DNA of 64,000 nucleotides from positions 110,511,639 through 110,575,638 of the forward strand of contig NC_068984.1 of NCBI RefSeq assembly GCF_001194135.2, read 5' to 3'. The notes under the pieces were generated by a model that had not been told where the DNA came from, searched no databases, and saw nothing but the letters and a program-made list of their open reading frames with translations. The stretch is from Octopus bimaculoides (Eukaryota). Made by a program: the position numbers and the translations under genes. Below are positions 10,900 through 24,189 of this stretch, one piece after another. Position 1 is the stretch's first letter, and each line of letters begins with the position of its first letter.

Positions 10900-13740
10900 T
10901 TCATTTCTTGTGATTGTTTTTCCGTGAATCTTTTTTTAAGTTGGTTAATATATCTGTTATGTTCGACATTTTTCCTTTTACCAGGAATAACATTCTTCCA
11001 ATTTGTTCAATAATTACACCATCCTCCCACCTTTCTATACCATATATAGGTTTAAAATAAAAACTTTGTCGCCTAACAGGAACAATTTTGAAGTATTTTT
11101 GTTGTTCGTTTTTTTTTTCCATTTCATTTGGTATCAACTTATGAAAAACGGATTTTACCTTTCAAGCAAACATCATTTCTGCGGGTAACATTCCCGACAG
11201 TGTATTCGGATTACGTGTTACTCTGTACACTCTTAGAAATTGCTGAGGTGCAAGCTCGTCCATTACTTCATTCTTCACATTTTTCAACACCCTCTTGAAA
11301 GTGTCAACGAAGCACTCTGCTTGTCTATTCGACCTATTTGACCGCTTGTCTATCAAACATATTCTGAACTCTTCTGAAGTAAATCGAGTTCTATTGTCAG
11401 ACACAATGGTATCAGGAATACCATATCTGGCAAACAATTCGTGTAAAAAAACTTACTGTAACCGCAGATGTCAGCTTTTTACACTTATGCACTTCAGGAC
11501 ACTTTGAAAAACTGTCAACCACAACAAGGTGATATGAACCCTTAAGTGGACGTGCGTAATAAAAATGCAGTCTCGCCCATGGAACATCTGTTTTTGGCCA
11601 CGGTTGCCATTTAGTGGTAGGTTCTTTTGCAGCTAAGGCATAACCTCTGCATGCTTTAACTAGTTCTTCAGTGTCACTGTCTAACGATTTCATTCTCGAA
11701 ATCTCTGGGTGACTAATGTGAAATTTCTTTAGAAATTGCTTCTGTATTGTGACTGGCACTACGACTCCTTGTGCGTACATCTAGACAGAATCACACATTG
11801 AAGACAGGTTCGAATTTGTGTTGTGTTCAGAAAAACATATTTTTATCTCTTTTAGTCCATAGAATCTCTTTCATTTTTTCTAATGAATTTATCGTTCTCC
11901 GATTTTAATTTTATGTCTTATAATGTGACTAGCAATTCACGTATGACATTACACAAAACATTTTAATTTTCATTTTCTGCTCGCAACGCAGCAATCATAA
12001 TATCTTCAAACAGCACAGCATTTTTTTAAATCAGTCTTGATAAACAATCAGCGTGTCCTAATATCTTAGATGGTATACACTCCATCTTATTTCTTCGACC
12101 CATACATATATTACAATGGACGATGATCAGTCAGTAGTCCAAAGCTTCTATCGTGTAAAAATCTATGAATTTTTTTTACAGCAAAAATAATTGCTAGAAC
12201 CTTTTTTTCGCTTTGGCTGTAATGTTTTCTGTTGATATCAGAGAACATGAGGTATGAACCACTGCCTTCATGTTGCCATCTTTATATTTATGCAGCATTA
12301 CTGCTCCTATACCGTACACAGAGGTATCTGAAGCCAATGCAATATCCACCGCAGGATCGAAGTGTACTAACGACAAATCAGGTGTTAGTATTGCTTTGAT
12401 TTCGTCGAACACCTGACAATTTTCAGAGCAATTCCACTTTACCACTTTTTTTTTTTTTTAGAAGATTGTTTAGTGGATACCTTACCTTATGTATATTTTG
12501 AAAATAATTTTGGTAATAATTTGCCAGTCGCCAAAAAGCTTGTACGGTTGCTATATTTGTCGGATGGAACATATTTTTAATTGCGCCTGCCCTCGACGGA
12601 TCTGGTCGACATCCATTTCTGTCAATTATTTGTCCTAAATATTTTATTTTCGTTAAGAAAAATTCACACTTTTCTTCGCTCAAAGTAAAACCGAAATCCC
12701 TAATTTTTCCGAACACATATTTTATGTGCTGTACGTGTTGCTCCCGGGATTCACTTTTTATGAGTATATTATCCAGATGTGGAATTGCGAATTCATAGTC
12801 CGCTAACATTGCATCCATAATCTGTTAAAAAAATCGCCGGTGCGACTTTTAAGCCAAATGGTAACCTATTGTATTCATACAGTCCTTTATGTATGTTAAT
12901 TATTAGGTATTTAAAATATTCATCGTCTACTTTAATATGTAGGTACACGTCAGAGAAATCCAATTTAGAAAATATCTTGCCACTGTTTAATTTCGCAAAT
13001 ATGTCCTCCGGAGTAGATAGCGAGCAGTGGAGCGTTTAAAGACATTCGTTTAAATCAGTTGAAAACTCAGCACACACTCTGATTTTATTATTCGTTTTCT
13101 CAGCGTACAAAGTTGGTGATGCCCATTGACTATTCCACTTTTTGGATAACTCCAATTTTTTTAGTTATGCCTTAGCTGCAAAATCACCTACCACTAAATG
13201 CCAACCGTAGCCAAAAACAGATGTTCCATGGGCGAGACTGCATGTTGATTACGCACGTCCATTTATTCTAGTCGGTATGGCGTTTTCTTTTATTTGAAAC
13301 ATTGCCTTCGTTCTGGTGCACAGACCTATTTCATCAGACGGAACTTCAGGAAAAATTAAACATTAAAAAAAAAATTCGTCTGACGACTTATTTGCACTGG
13401 AAAAGATTATGGGGGATTTATGACGACTTATTTGCACTGGAACAGATTTATGGGGAGATCCCATAATTTAAATAATTCCAGCCAGTCTGAATTTGTTGTC
13501 TTATTCAATAAAAAAGACTGGCTTTTAAGGTTTTTCCACGAAATGTAACGTCACTTAACATTTCGCCTTTAAAATATTATTTTTTTCCTGAAACACTACG
13601 TGCAATCTTCGATGTTTCTTTTAATCTAAGTCTCCCGATTTTTTCCTTGTATCAGTGTTAATTATCGATATATCACTGCCCGTATCTAATTGAAACTTAA
13701 CATTTATGCTATTAATTTTTACATACACTAGTTTCTTTTG
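10900..13740 (-). pseudogene. Gypsy pol pseudogene (PR-RT-RH-IN) with stops and frameshifts
   Basis: Protease FQLDTGSDISII (about 13660-13700); RT RLPFGLKVAPAIF and HLDN (YLDD-like); RNase H ASDTSVYGIGAVM; integrase PWARLH..VVVDSFSK, GIPDTIVSDN, QAECFVDTFK. Confidence 0.9.
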
Positions 13741-13863
13741 AGGCTCGTTCTTATTTCTTGTCACTGAGAAGCTGTTTACGTGATTTTTTTCTGTTGACCC
13801 GTTTTTTTTTGGTTTTGGTTTACAGTGTGATTTTTAATGGCTTATCTTATCACACTTGAAGCA

Positions 13864-14480
13864 TTATATATTTTTAAGCGGACAGTTATTTTTAAAATGT
13901 AGACCACTGCACCCATAACATGGATTTGGTCTTGACATGTTTTCCATATCCATAACTGGTCGACACACATGAATATGAGAGCAATCTTTTTCTTCAATTT
14001 TATCTGTGTCACACCTTAGATTTACAATGCTCTGGCATTCTTCTGCTACAGCCTGCTGAGTTAATTTTTTGTCCTGTTTTGATTTTGTAAATATCCGGGA
14101 ACATATACCTACAATTTTGGTTGCAGTTAGCCCTTGAACTAAAGTTAGACATTTCAACATGCCCGGGATTAAGTCGTTTAATTTGAATTTTTCACACTCT
14201 CTGTTAACAACCCTCGCATAGGTGACGAGATCTTCATAATCGTTTTTGACCAAATTTAAACATTGCCAGCGAGTATTGAACAGGGAACTTCTTTCACTGA
14301 AAATTTTCGATAAAAAATTAATTACTTCATCGAAACAAATCTTACTTGGTTTCTTCGGTAGAATATAGTTACAGTATTTTTCATGTTCGGCAGAGGATAA
14401 CTTTCTTAAAAGTAGTCGTACATTTGTCTCATCAGAAAATTTTTACATTCTTCTTTGAAGATTTCCTTGTATCATCGAAA
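13864..14480 (-). pseudogene. Gypsy gag remnant with zinc knuckle
   Basis: VRLLLRKLSSAEHEKYCNYILPKKP...RWQCLNLVKNDYED and CYGCSGLHFKNNC (C-x2-C-x3-H-x4-C). Confidence 0.85.
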
Positions 14481-14485
14481 ATATG

Positions 14486-14730
14486 GACTTTCGAGTGAGA
14501 TCGTTGCCAGTGCCCCTGGACTGGCTCTTGTGCGGGTGGCACATAAAATACACCATTTGAGCGTGGCCATTGCCAGTACCGCCTGACTGACCTTCGTGCC
14601 GGTGGCACGTAAAAGCACCCACTACACTCTCACAGTGGTTGGCGTTAGGAAGGGCATCCAGCAGTAGAAACTCTGCCAAATCAGATTGGAGCCTGGTGAA
14701 GCCATCCAGTTTCACCAGTCCTCAGTCAAA
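14486..14730 (+). mobile_element. Family C repeat inserted at the Gypsy 5' LTR/gag junction
   Basis: ggcgttaggaagggcatccagcagtagaaactctgccaaatcagattggagcc; lacks the (GAT)n tail. Confidence 0.85.
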
Positions 14731-16104
14731 TCGACGAACTACGATTACAGTTAGATGAGGTTAAGCACTCTCTGCTAACGGCTCACAGTGAACCGCTTAC
14801 GTCAACTGCTGACAGTTCTTCATTTTATAACAATGTGTCAGTTCACTTGGTGGGGATGGTCGGAATCCTTCCACAACACATACATACATACACACACATA
14901 GACACAGTCACACAAACATATACATACATACATTCATGCATACAGACAGACAGAAGCCTGAGGTCAAAGAAATAAGAACCCACAGTATGGTAGAAGCCAT
15001 AGTCACTCATAATAAGAAGAAGTCCTGCTGGAATGTCCCAGTGTAACACGCAATAAAATGTAAACATAATAATTAATGAATTAGGCATACCATTGTGTCG
15101 ACTCTCTTCTAATTTCACATTTTCACCTCTGAGTATGGTCGGATGCATCTGTTTTATTTTATAGATCGTGTTTAGCTTAGTGTCAACTAATGTCTAATTT
15201 CTCATCCACAGCTCAGAGTATAGCTGGGTGTATCTATTTTTGTTCATACTGATTAAAGCTGGTTATATAATACACGACTCAACAGAACTGGATTAATTTA
15301 CTGGGTGTTAATAATCAAGTACGTTTCTTCTTTCTAATTAAAATTCTGTTTGAATATAAAAATATATGAGTTAATTGAAATAGTTCGAGTGTACCAGGGG
15401 CAAGAATTTAGATAAAATATTTAAGGGCTGATATATAGATATTGTTGTATACAATAAAATCCCAATTAATTGAAAATTTCTTTCTTACTTTTGAGAAACA
15501 ATAAACAGAAAATGGTGATGATTGTTAGCAATATTCACATATGATCAGGGGAGATAATTTGAAGAGACTGAGAATTGATTTCATAAAATTTAATTTACAC
15601 GCTTTGGGTGAAAGTTTTTCTTTCAAAGAAATGTTTCTGACATTGCCATATTGAATAAAGTGCTACTCCTTTATTGTTTCTGCTGTTTTTGTTGACTCTT
15701 GTTGTTGTTGAGTTTATTCAATTTGTTCAATATGAAATAGACTTATGATACGAAGGTCACTGATGAAATATTCTCTGGAGTGTGTAATCTCAAAAATCCA
15801 AATGCCAAATATTCATTCATATATAAGACATGTTCAAGGTTCCAATGTGTAATTTTGTAGATATGCTTCATAGAATCAAAAGGAATTGAGTTTTTATGGT
15901 CTTGGACAATCAGCTCATATGTAGTGACCTCAAATTAACTGCAAGATTACTCACATATTCCTTGAGATTGTATGTACTCTAGTTGACATAGTCTTCAGAA
16001 ACAATTGCCAAATCTGATTGAAATGTTGCCAAGATATAAAAGTGTAAAACGGATTTCTTTTCAAACTTAAAAAACTGAAATTTGTTGACATTCACAAAAC
16101 ATGT

Positions 16105-16295
16105 CAATTCCAAATTTTGGCACAAGGCCAATAATTTCGGGAGAATTGACCCCAGTACCCAGCTAGTACTTATTTTAGTGACTTTGAAATGATAAATGGC
16201 AAAGTTGACTGCAGTGAAATTTGTAGAGATCGCTGAAATACCACTAAGCATTTTGCTGGAGTATTCTAAGGATTCTGTCACCTCACTGCCTTACA
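16105..16295 (-). mobile_element. SINE family B, decayed
   Basis: ggcacaagg tail, gaccccagtac, ctaagcatttt and ctgtcacctcactgcctt match the family B reverse complement. Confidence 0.7.
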
Positions 16296-16469
16296 TTCAC
16301 CAAACATATCAACTATCCTAAAGCCTTTTAATGAATATATCCTCTTTCGTTTTTGGCTCAAGTGCAGGATTCCAAGTTTTTGAGATAATAGAGGATTAGA
16401 TATTTTGTCCAAACTTTTCATCAACACAGTACGCTAAAGTTTGAGTCCAATGGTGGTGGTATGCAGTCA

Positions 16470-16720
16470 ACTAACCTTCCAGAGATTGCATTCAAATCTG
16501 CAAGCAATCATACCCTGTTGCCCTAAAAGCTCTCTAAATTTTCTCCATCCTTATTGTAGCTATCACACTTTCCATGCACACTCGCCCACTACTAATTTGG
16601 TCTCCTAGTTAGCATAAATTATTTACTACCTCTAATGAGCTACTAGGGAATTTGAGAGAATCAATTTTCCAAGTCTCTAAAATCAACAGTCAGTACTCAG
16701 AGAGATTTGAAAATTACACT
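16470..16720 (-). mobile_element. RTE LINE fragment (post-RT)
   Basis: Minus translation SLEVVNNLC*LGDQISSGRVCMESVIATIR...KFRELL. Confidence 0.75.
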
Positions 16721-17304
16721 CAAGGTAAGAGTTCAGCTGTAAGAAAGATTTTTGTAAATTAAGCATGGAAGCAGAGAAGGCTAACAAACAATAATATATG
16801 CAAGGAATATCTTCACATATGCAAGGAAAGTTGCATATTCAAGGAAAGGATGTAATCAAGTCTTATCTTAACGGTTGTTTCAGATGAATGCTAATTGATA
16901 CCATAATCATATATATTATGCAATACAGTTCTGTAATATCGTAGGTGCCTGGAATGGTTTGAATTTTGAGACACCAGTGGGACAAAGTAATGTTATCCTC
17001 ATCAGGAGACACTACCAATAATGTCTCTCAAAATTGGTGCCAGTTCATTCACCTGTAATATTACTGGACATCATTACATTATTTACATGTTTGTAGCACC
17101 GGTCATCGATCTGTGACAGCTTTAGAAATAATACTTGATTACATATTTTGATCATATTTGCAACTTACAATATGAATATATTTCTTATATCTACGTTTGT
17201 TTGCTAATATAGCTGCTTATATGTACACACACACACACACACACACACTTGTATATGAATATGCATATATATATATATATATATATACACACAAATATAT
17301 AGTA

Positions 17305-17944
17305 AAGATTTGCAATGGCTGGACGTGTTTGACGTCTATTTTCAACATATAGGTATGGTAACTTCCGTGCCCTTAAGTATATACCTCTATATATGTATTT
17401 TACCTAAAGGGTTATTTTTATATATGCTGGCCATTGATAAAATTCATTAATATTAATGATTTTAAAATAAAACACAAACAATAAACATTGCAACTTTTCT
17501 TGTGAATATATTTCTTGCATATAAGTTAATTTTAATGATTTTATCCTTTAATTATGTTTAAATGTATCTCATTCACTTCGACTCAGTTTATTCACTTCTG
17601 TACTATTCTGACCAAATACACACGTGTTCAGGTGGACTAACAAAATTCGATGCGTATATATTTTTTAATATGTATATGTACTCGCATTTTGAGTGTGCTT
17701 TTCTGTGGATGTTTTTAAGTAATTTCATTTATTTTGCTCAGTATGCTTTGCTGATGAAGGAAAAGTTATTTAACTAATCTAGAAATTGATCAACCCAAAA
17801 CTATCTGAATTATTTTTGAATTTTCAATCAGTCCACATTCCCACTTTCTTCCTGTGTATGTATAATGAAGATTTGTCGTGGCTGGACGTATTTGACATCT
17901 ATATTCAACATATAGACATGGTAGCTTCTGTGTCCTTAAGTATA
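17305..17944 (+). repeat. Pair of 77-bp direct repeats (17305-17381 and 17868-17944)
   Basis: aagatttg...ggctggacgt.tttgac.tctat.ttcaacatatag..atggta.cttc.gtg.ccttaagtata; about 85% identical by eye. Confidence 0.85.
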
Positions 17945-18792
17945 ATTANNNNNNNNNNTATGTAACATTGTCCTTTACAGGACTGCCACGTTACGTTGCC
18001 ATATAAACATTACTGTATATATGTATGTGTGTGTGTGTGTGTGTGTATCATCATCATCATCATCATCATTGTTTAATGTCGGTTTTCCATATAGATAGAT
18101 AGATAGATAGATAGATGTACATAGATACACACACACATATATATATACATGCACTCATTCTCTCTCTCTCACTCACACACAGATACTTTACCACATAGAA
18201 AAGACAACAGAAGAAGAGATGTGCAATAAGGCAGAGAGACCAGAGGCTCCACTTGTCACAAGCAGATTTTCAGTTTGCTACAATTCAAGATATCCTTCTG
18301 AGAAATGACCAAGTGGATATCTTACTACTATCAGCAAAATTTTAAAGTTCGAAATCACATAGAAACACATGCATGCACATGTACAAATAAGCCTATGTAG
18401 ATATGTATATACACATATATATATATATATATATATACACGCACACACACACACACACATATATATGCTCACACACATGCATATATCTACATATATACAA
18501 ACATATACACATGTTTTTATACACACATTTATCTATCGATATACCTATCTATCTATCGATCAATCTATCTATATGTTGTTTGTATGTATGCATGTATATA
18601 TGTGTTTGTGAAAGTGTGTGTGTTTGTCAGTGTGTATATATTTATGTATGTATGTATGCAAATTAATATGTATATATAATGATGGAAATATTAAGCAAAA
18701 GCAATTTCTCTGCTATAAATACAGGTCATTATGCATGGTTCATGTATGTATACAGCTGCATGTTTGCATATAACATTCATAAATCTTCTGAG

Positions 18793-18823
<31 letters not shown>

Positions 18824-18950
18824 CATGCATGTATATGTACATATATATACATATATATGTACATATATATACATGCATGTATATGTACATATATATACAT
18901 ATATATGTACATATATATACATGCATGTATATATGCATATATATATCTAC

Positions 18951-19038
<88 letters not shown>

Positions 19039-19693
19039 TCAGGGGAAAGTGAGAGAAATATGTGAAGGTAAGTACACCCTTACAAGAATGTATTACAACA
19101 TAGAAAAACGCACATGCATGCACGCACAAACAGACACTCTTACCCATATGCATAAAATATAAGAATACACATTCTCAGCAATTTGAAAAAAAAAAAAAAA
19201 ATTTTTTCTCAGTTGTGTCTTTCTCAAAATTTATCATTCCACAATCTCCTCCAATCGTCACTTTAACCATATTTAATAAGGATATGAAGAAAAAGGTCAT
19301 AGTTGTCCATTTTTAAAAGCAATCATAACGAAATCAAGTTCTTGAACTGTTTGATGTAAGAATTCCACTATTTTGCCCTCTCTGTGAGCAAACTTTACCG
19401 ACACTCATTCCACCTCGCAACAAACATCTCTTCATTTCTGTCTCTGAGGAAATTTATCACTTTTAAAACTGAAAAATGCAAAAAGTAACTGTAAACAAAC
19501 TAATAATGATAATAATAATAATAACAATAAAAATAATAATATGAAATTGAAATCATATGTGTATGTATGTGTATGCATTCTATATGTACATATTTGTATT
19601 GTATACACACATGTTCATATGAGTGTGTGTGTGTATATATGTGTTGCGCGTGTGTATGTATATTTCCATATGTGTATTCATAAACGCATTTAA

Positions 19694-19762
<69 letters not shown>

Positions 19763-20519
19763 AAAAATATATATATGCATACATGCAAAAATATACGCAT
19801 ATATGCATAGCCATCTTAGTACGAGTATGCAGGTATGTATACATACAAGCATGGCAGCATGCATATATACATACATACATGTACACATAAATACAAATAG
19901 ACATGCGTATTCATATATAAATACAAACATATAAACACACACACAGGNNNNNNNNNNTATATAAATACAAACATATAAACACACACACAGGTATATAAAT
20001 ATATACATACACACATATTCATATATATATATATATATATATATATACATTCATACATATTCATATATACATGCAAACGCACATACACACATAGACAAAC
20101 ATGCACTTACACATGCATAAACAATACAAGAAGTGCAGATAGAGACCAAAATGTGTTAGATTCCCAAAAGTTCTACAAGCGCATCACCTGTTTGTTTTGA
20201 ATAAATTATTTGGCTAGTGCTTATGGCACCTTCTTTGAGAGTGTGTTATTCATTTATTTACCTGTTCTTTGTAGGTTTGTTTGTTTGTTATGTTTATTGT
20301 TTGTGTTTTATTTTAAATACCCTTGTCTTGTTTTGTTTAATTTTAAGGGGTTTTGTTTATTTATATTTTTAAACAAGTTTGAAAACTTATAAGAAAAGGA
20401 AAGAGGTTAAACAAAGTGAACAAATACGAAAATCGCTATATAAAAAAATATATAATGTATAAATGTGTGTGTGTGTGCGTGTGTGTATGCATATGAAAAT
20501 ATTTATATGCATTTATATA

Positions 20520-20558
<39 letters not shown>

Positions 20559-20679
20559 ATAAACATGCATATATGTGTATATATATGTATATATAAGTAT
20601 ATATATGTATGTATATATGTATATATAAGTATATATATATGTATCATCATCATCATCATCATCATCATATATATAAGTA

Positions 20680-20752
<73 letters not shown>

Positions 20753-21254
20753 GTATATATATGTGTGTGTGCATAAGCAAAATAAATACATTATGAATAA
20801 ACAATAATTGATAATAACAAAAGAAATGGTATAAAATCAGAGAAAAATAGTATGATCTCAACAAAATTCAATAAATCATAGAAGTTCTTTTAAGAAATGA
20901 AAGAAATTAAATAACAAGACAACCTCAAGCAAACAGGGAAATGAATTGAGTTAATGCCAAAAAAAAAAAATTTTAATTTAATATTTAACCTGCAAAAACA
21001 GATACTCCATGTGAATATATATACATACATATTCATATATATGTGTATATATATATATATATATACATCTTTCTTTCTCTCTTGATACATGTATATATGT
21101 GAATATGTAATTGTGTTGAGTGCATATACATATATATATATATGTAAGTATATTTCTACACACACACACACACCCACATATATATGTGCTACATCTATAT
21201 TGTTTGGAACTTATATGTACTTCATTTTTGCATATCAACATTTCCCTAATGTCA

Positions 21255-21730
21255 ATAGGGTCTTGTACTTCTTCCTACTGACTAAAACTTGAGTCTTTTC
21301 TAAATTTATTTTGTCACCTCTTGATACTATGTTTTGCTTCATAGTCCGAAATTTTTACAATAATTCTTCTACTGATTCAACAATAAAGACTATTTCGTCA
21401 CCATACATGACCTCCCATGGAAAACCAGTTGTAAATGCTTGCGCCATGATCTGAAAAACTTTAACTGATAGAAAGGATATGATAACTGAGTTCAGGTGGA
21501 CACCTATCTGCGAGTTAAATTCATTGCTCTGCTCATCGTGAACTTCTACATTTCTGTAGTCAGTTGGGTTTTTATTTTGTCATTATTTGCTGTTGTTTCC
21601 AAAGCATTTATCAAAGAAGAAACCAAATCAGGTTGAAGCATCATATCTTCCTTCCTCTGTGTTTTTCAACTCACCAGGCTCTTTGAGAAGTTTCTCTGAG
21701 ACAAAATAATACTACTGGTGCTGTTCCATG
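21255..21730 (-). mobile_element. RTE LINE reverse-transcriptase fragment
   Basis: GVHLNSVI...FTTGFPWEVMYGDEIVFIVESVEEL...INLEKTQVLVSRK (decayed GVHQGSVL and YADD). Confidence 0.85.
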
Positions 21731-21744
21731 TTTCTATATATATA

Positions 21745-21950
21745 CAAGGGGTTGAAGAAAAGTTCTGGCTTTAAAGGTATTATAAAAAGCCTGGTTGGCA
21801 GTACAACCTTCCAAGTTCTTTTACAGAGCTTAGAAAAACTGAAGGACTACTGCAATAAGTACGTGAATCTGAAAGGAGAAATATGTTGAATAAAATCATA
21901 ATTAACTGATCCTCTTTTACCCAAAGCTAGGAACTTTTCAGTACCCTGTC
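21745..21950 (+). mobile_element. Mariner-derived MITE (copy 1)
   Basis: TA-flanked caaggggttgaagaaaagttc ... gaacttttcagtaccc; contains the transposase 3' end. Confidence 0.75.
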
Positions 21951-21997
21951 ATGTGTGTGTGTATATATATATAAATATATAAATATATAAATATATT

Positions 21998-22035
<38 letters not shown>

Positions 22036-22037
22036 TA

Positions 22038-22254
22038 CGATGGGGTGCTGAAAAGTTCCAGGCTTTAAGGATGTCACGAAAGGCCTGGCTTGAAGCCCAC
22101 CCTTCCAAGTTCTTTTACAAAGTTTAGAAAAACTGAAGGACCAATGCAATAAGTGTGTGAATCTGAGAGGGGAATATGTTGAATAAAATCATAATTAACT
22201 GATCCTCCTGTATATCCTTTTACCAAATGCCAGAAACTTTTCAGCGGCCCCTTG
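22038..22254 (+). mobile_element. Mariner-derived MITE (copy 2)
   Basis: TIRs cgatggggtgctgaaaagttcc / gaaacttttcagcggccccttg, TA on both sides; internal LEKLKDQCNKCVNLRGEYVE* is a mariner C-terminus. Confidence 0.85.
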
Positions 22255-22547
22255 TACATTATAAATGATTTATACATTGGTATTTTAACTTAAGTCTGTC
22301 TTAAGTGTGTATATTAATTTAATTTTAGCCTGACCATCTTTTGCACATATCATTGAAGGGTTTTGTCTACCAGTTTCTATATTTGTATGGATATTTAAAC
22401 TTTACTTGAAATGTCCAGGTGGGTTTATTACAGAACAGACCAAATCAAGTTGAAACACCATGTCTGGTTAACAATCAACATTCTCAGAAGAAGCCTGTGT
22501 TTTTTAATGTTCAAATCTTTTTGTGTGTATCTCTGGGAGAAAATAGT

Positions 22548-22700
22548 ACAGCTAGGTGCAACCATGGCAGAATGATTAAGAAGCATTCTTTGAAACCATT
22601 TGCTTTTGGGTTCTGTCCCACTTAATGGCATCTCAGCCAATCAGTTCTCTGAGAGTAAATTTGGTAGGAGGAAACTTGATGGAAGCTCATCATATGCACA
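22548..22700 (+). mobile_element. SINE family A, strongly decayed 5' half
   Basis: taggtgcaaccatggc... head and gagtaaatttggtaggaggaaact. Confidence 0.5.
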
Positions 22701-24189
22701 CACACACACACAAACACATATATATATATATGGATAGATGTTTGGATAGACAGATAGATAGATAGAAAGACAGACAGACAGATGGATGAATGGATGGATA
22801 GATATACAGAGAGGGAAAGAAAGAGAGGAGAGGGGTAGAAACGAGAGAAAGAGAGAGAGAGATCAGAAGTCAGAAAATTACGAGGGACCTGAAATAGTCT
22901 ACAGAAATTGGTTGAGAAAATTTGCCATGAGGCATGACAGAGCCTTAGAAAAATAGCAGCTCCCTAAAACACAAAATTGAAGGAAAATGTCCAGTGAATA
23001 TCGTTAAAAAGAAATGCAACAACAAACAGAACTGAACCTTAATTTATGCAGATTCCTGTTGCCAACCTCAAAAAGCTGAAACTAAAGCTGATATGTTGTA
23101 ATGATTTCTATTAGTTTTAAAGAATCTTAAGTTGATTAGAAAAAATGCATTTCTCAAATTAATGAGATTACAGACAGTCTGTTAGTGGTTCTTGGTAGTG
23201 AGAGGGGTTTGGTATCTTTTAAATTCTGTACAAGATAAAAAAAAAAGTAATAATAACAATTACAAGAGGAAAGGCAAATATTGTTTGTCAAAGTTTAATA
23301 CCGAATAAGATTCCATTCATGTGTAATAAATTGAAGGAGAGCAAAATATAATTTTATTACTTGATTGAAACATAAGCAAACTTTCTAATTGGTGTTTGCA
23401 TATTTTCCATGGAGGGTTCCAATTTTTCATGCAATTCCCTTGTTGTTGAATTTCTTCATATCAATGCAAAGAATTTGTTCTACATGAATTCTGTTCTAAA
23501 AGTTTAACTCTATATTCATGGTTGTTAGACAAATTTTAACAATACCAAGATGGTGGTGGTGTAAACACCACTTTCCTTTCTGCATTTTTTTGTCCTTTTC
23601 TAATTTATCATACTTTGTGGGTTTGTACTGTTTTGGTATGTAGTTAAAGGCTTGTTTTGATTTTTCTTTTTCAATTCCTCTTACGTTATGAAATGTCTGA
23701 AGAATTAAAAATGTCAAGAAAGATCAGATCAGAATGATCCAATTCTGAACTTTGGAAGGCCTAACAACTCAATCTGATTTGGTTTGGTAAAGATTGAATA
23801 ATTGGCACAGAATCAGAGACAACCCGAAGGCTATTTTACCTCTCATTAAATTACGAATTACTGAAAGATGCAGGAACACCTACCATTCTTTAATCTCAGC
23901 AAGTTACCTTAGTTAGTATTACAAGATGAAGAGACCAAACAGATACAGCATCAAACTATGTTTCCATGACACATGAGTTCAAGTCAGCTATAAATTTATC
24001 ATGATGTAAAAAGAAAAACCCCAACAAATTCCACATTATTTCAGTTCCCTTCGTTGTAGTGTATCCTTGACTCTTATTTCTTGTAATATTGGTGCTTTGG
24101 CATTTTCAGTCACAATTAGTAATGATTGATCTTTCCTTTATGGTTTTATATTTAACCCAGCTGCTTATATTAATTTTTAGTATGCATAA

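Larger units (their letters stand above)
10783..14878 (-). mobile_element. Ty3/Gypsy LTR retrotransposon (K02A2.6/Mag-like), decayed, near full length
   Basis: Domain order gag-CCHC, protease, RT, RNase H, integrase. The LTR start tgttgtggaaggattccgacc (14878) is mirrored by cgttgtggaagaattccgacc (10809), preceded by PPT aaaaggggaga. Confidence 0.92.

Noticed and set aside
13320-13340. CTGATGA on the minus strand as a hammerhead core
   Set aside because: Lies in the Gypsy pol frame (SDEIG) and has no GAAA or stems
16613-16724. Plus-strand exon candidate with AG/GTAAGA ends (HKLFTTSNELL...)
   Set aside because: It is the antisense of an RTE LINE coding fragment
16960-17015. Minus-strand CUGAUGA with a 6-bp stem II
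   Set aside because: GAAA is absent and stem I cannot form; at most half a motif
18190-18280. Minus peptide ENLLVTSGASGL resembling an aminotransferase motif
   Set aside because: Short match, poor splice context, stop follows, no neighbouring exons
21675-21695. 21-nt minus-strand microexon with good splice sites
   Set aside because: Embedded in RTE reverse-transcriptase-derived sequence
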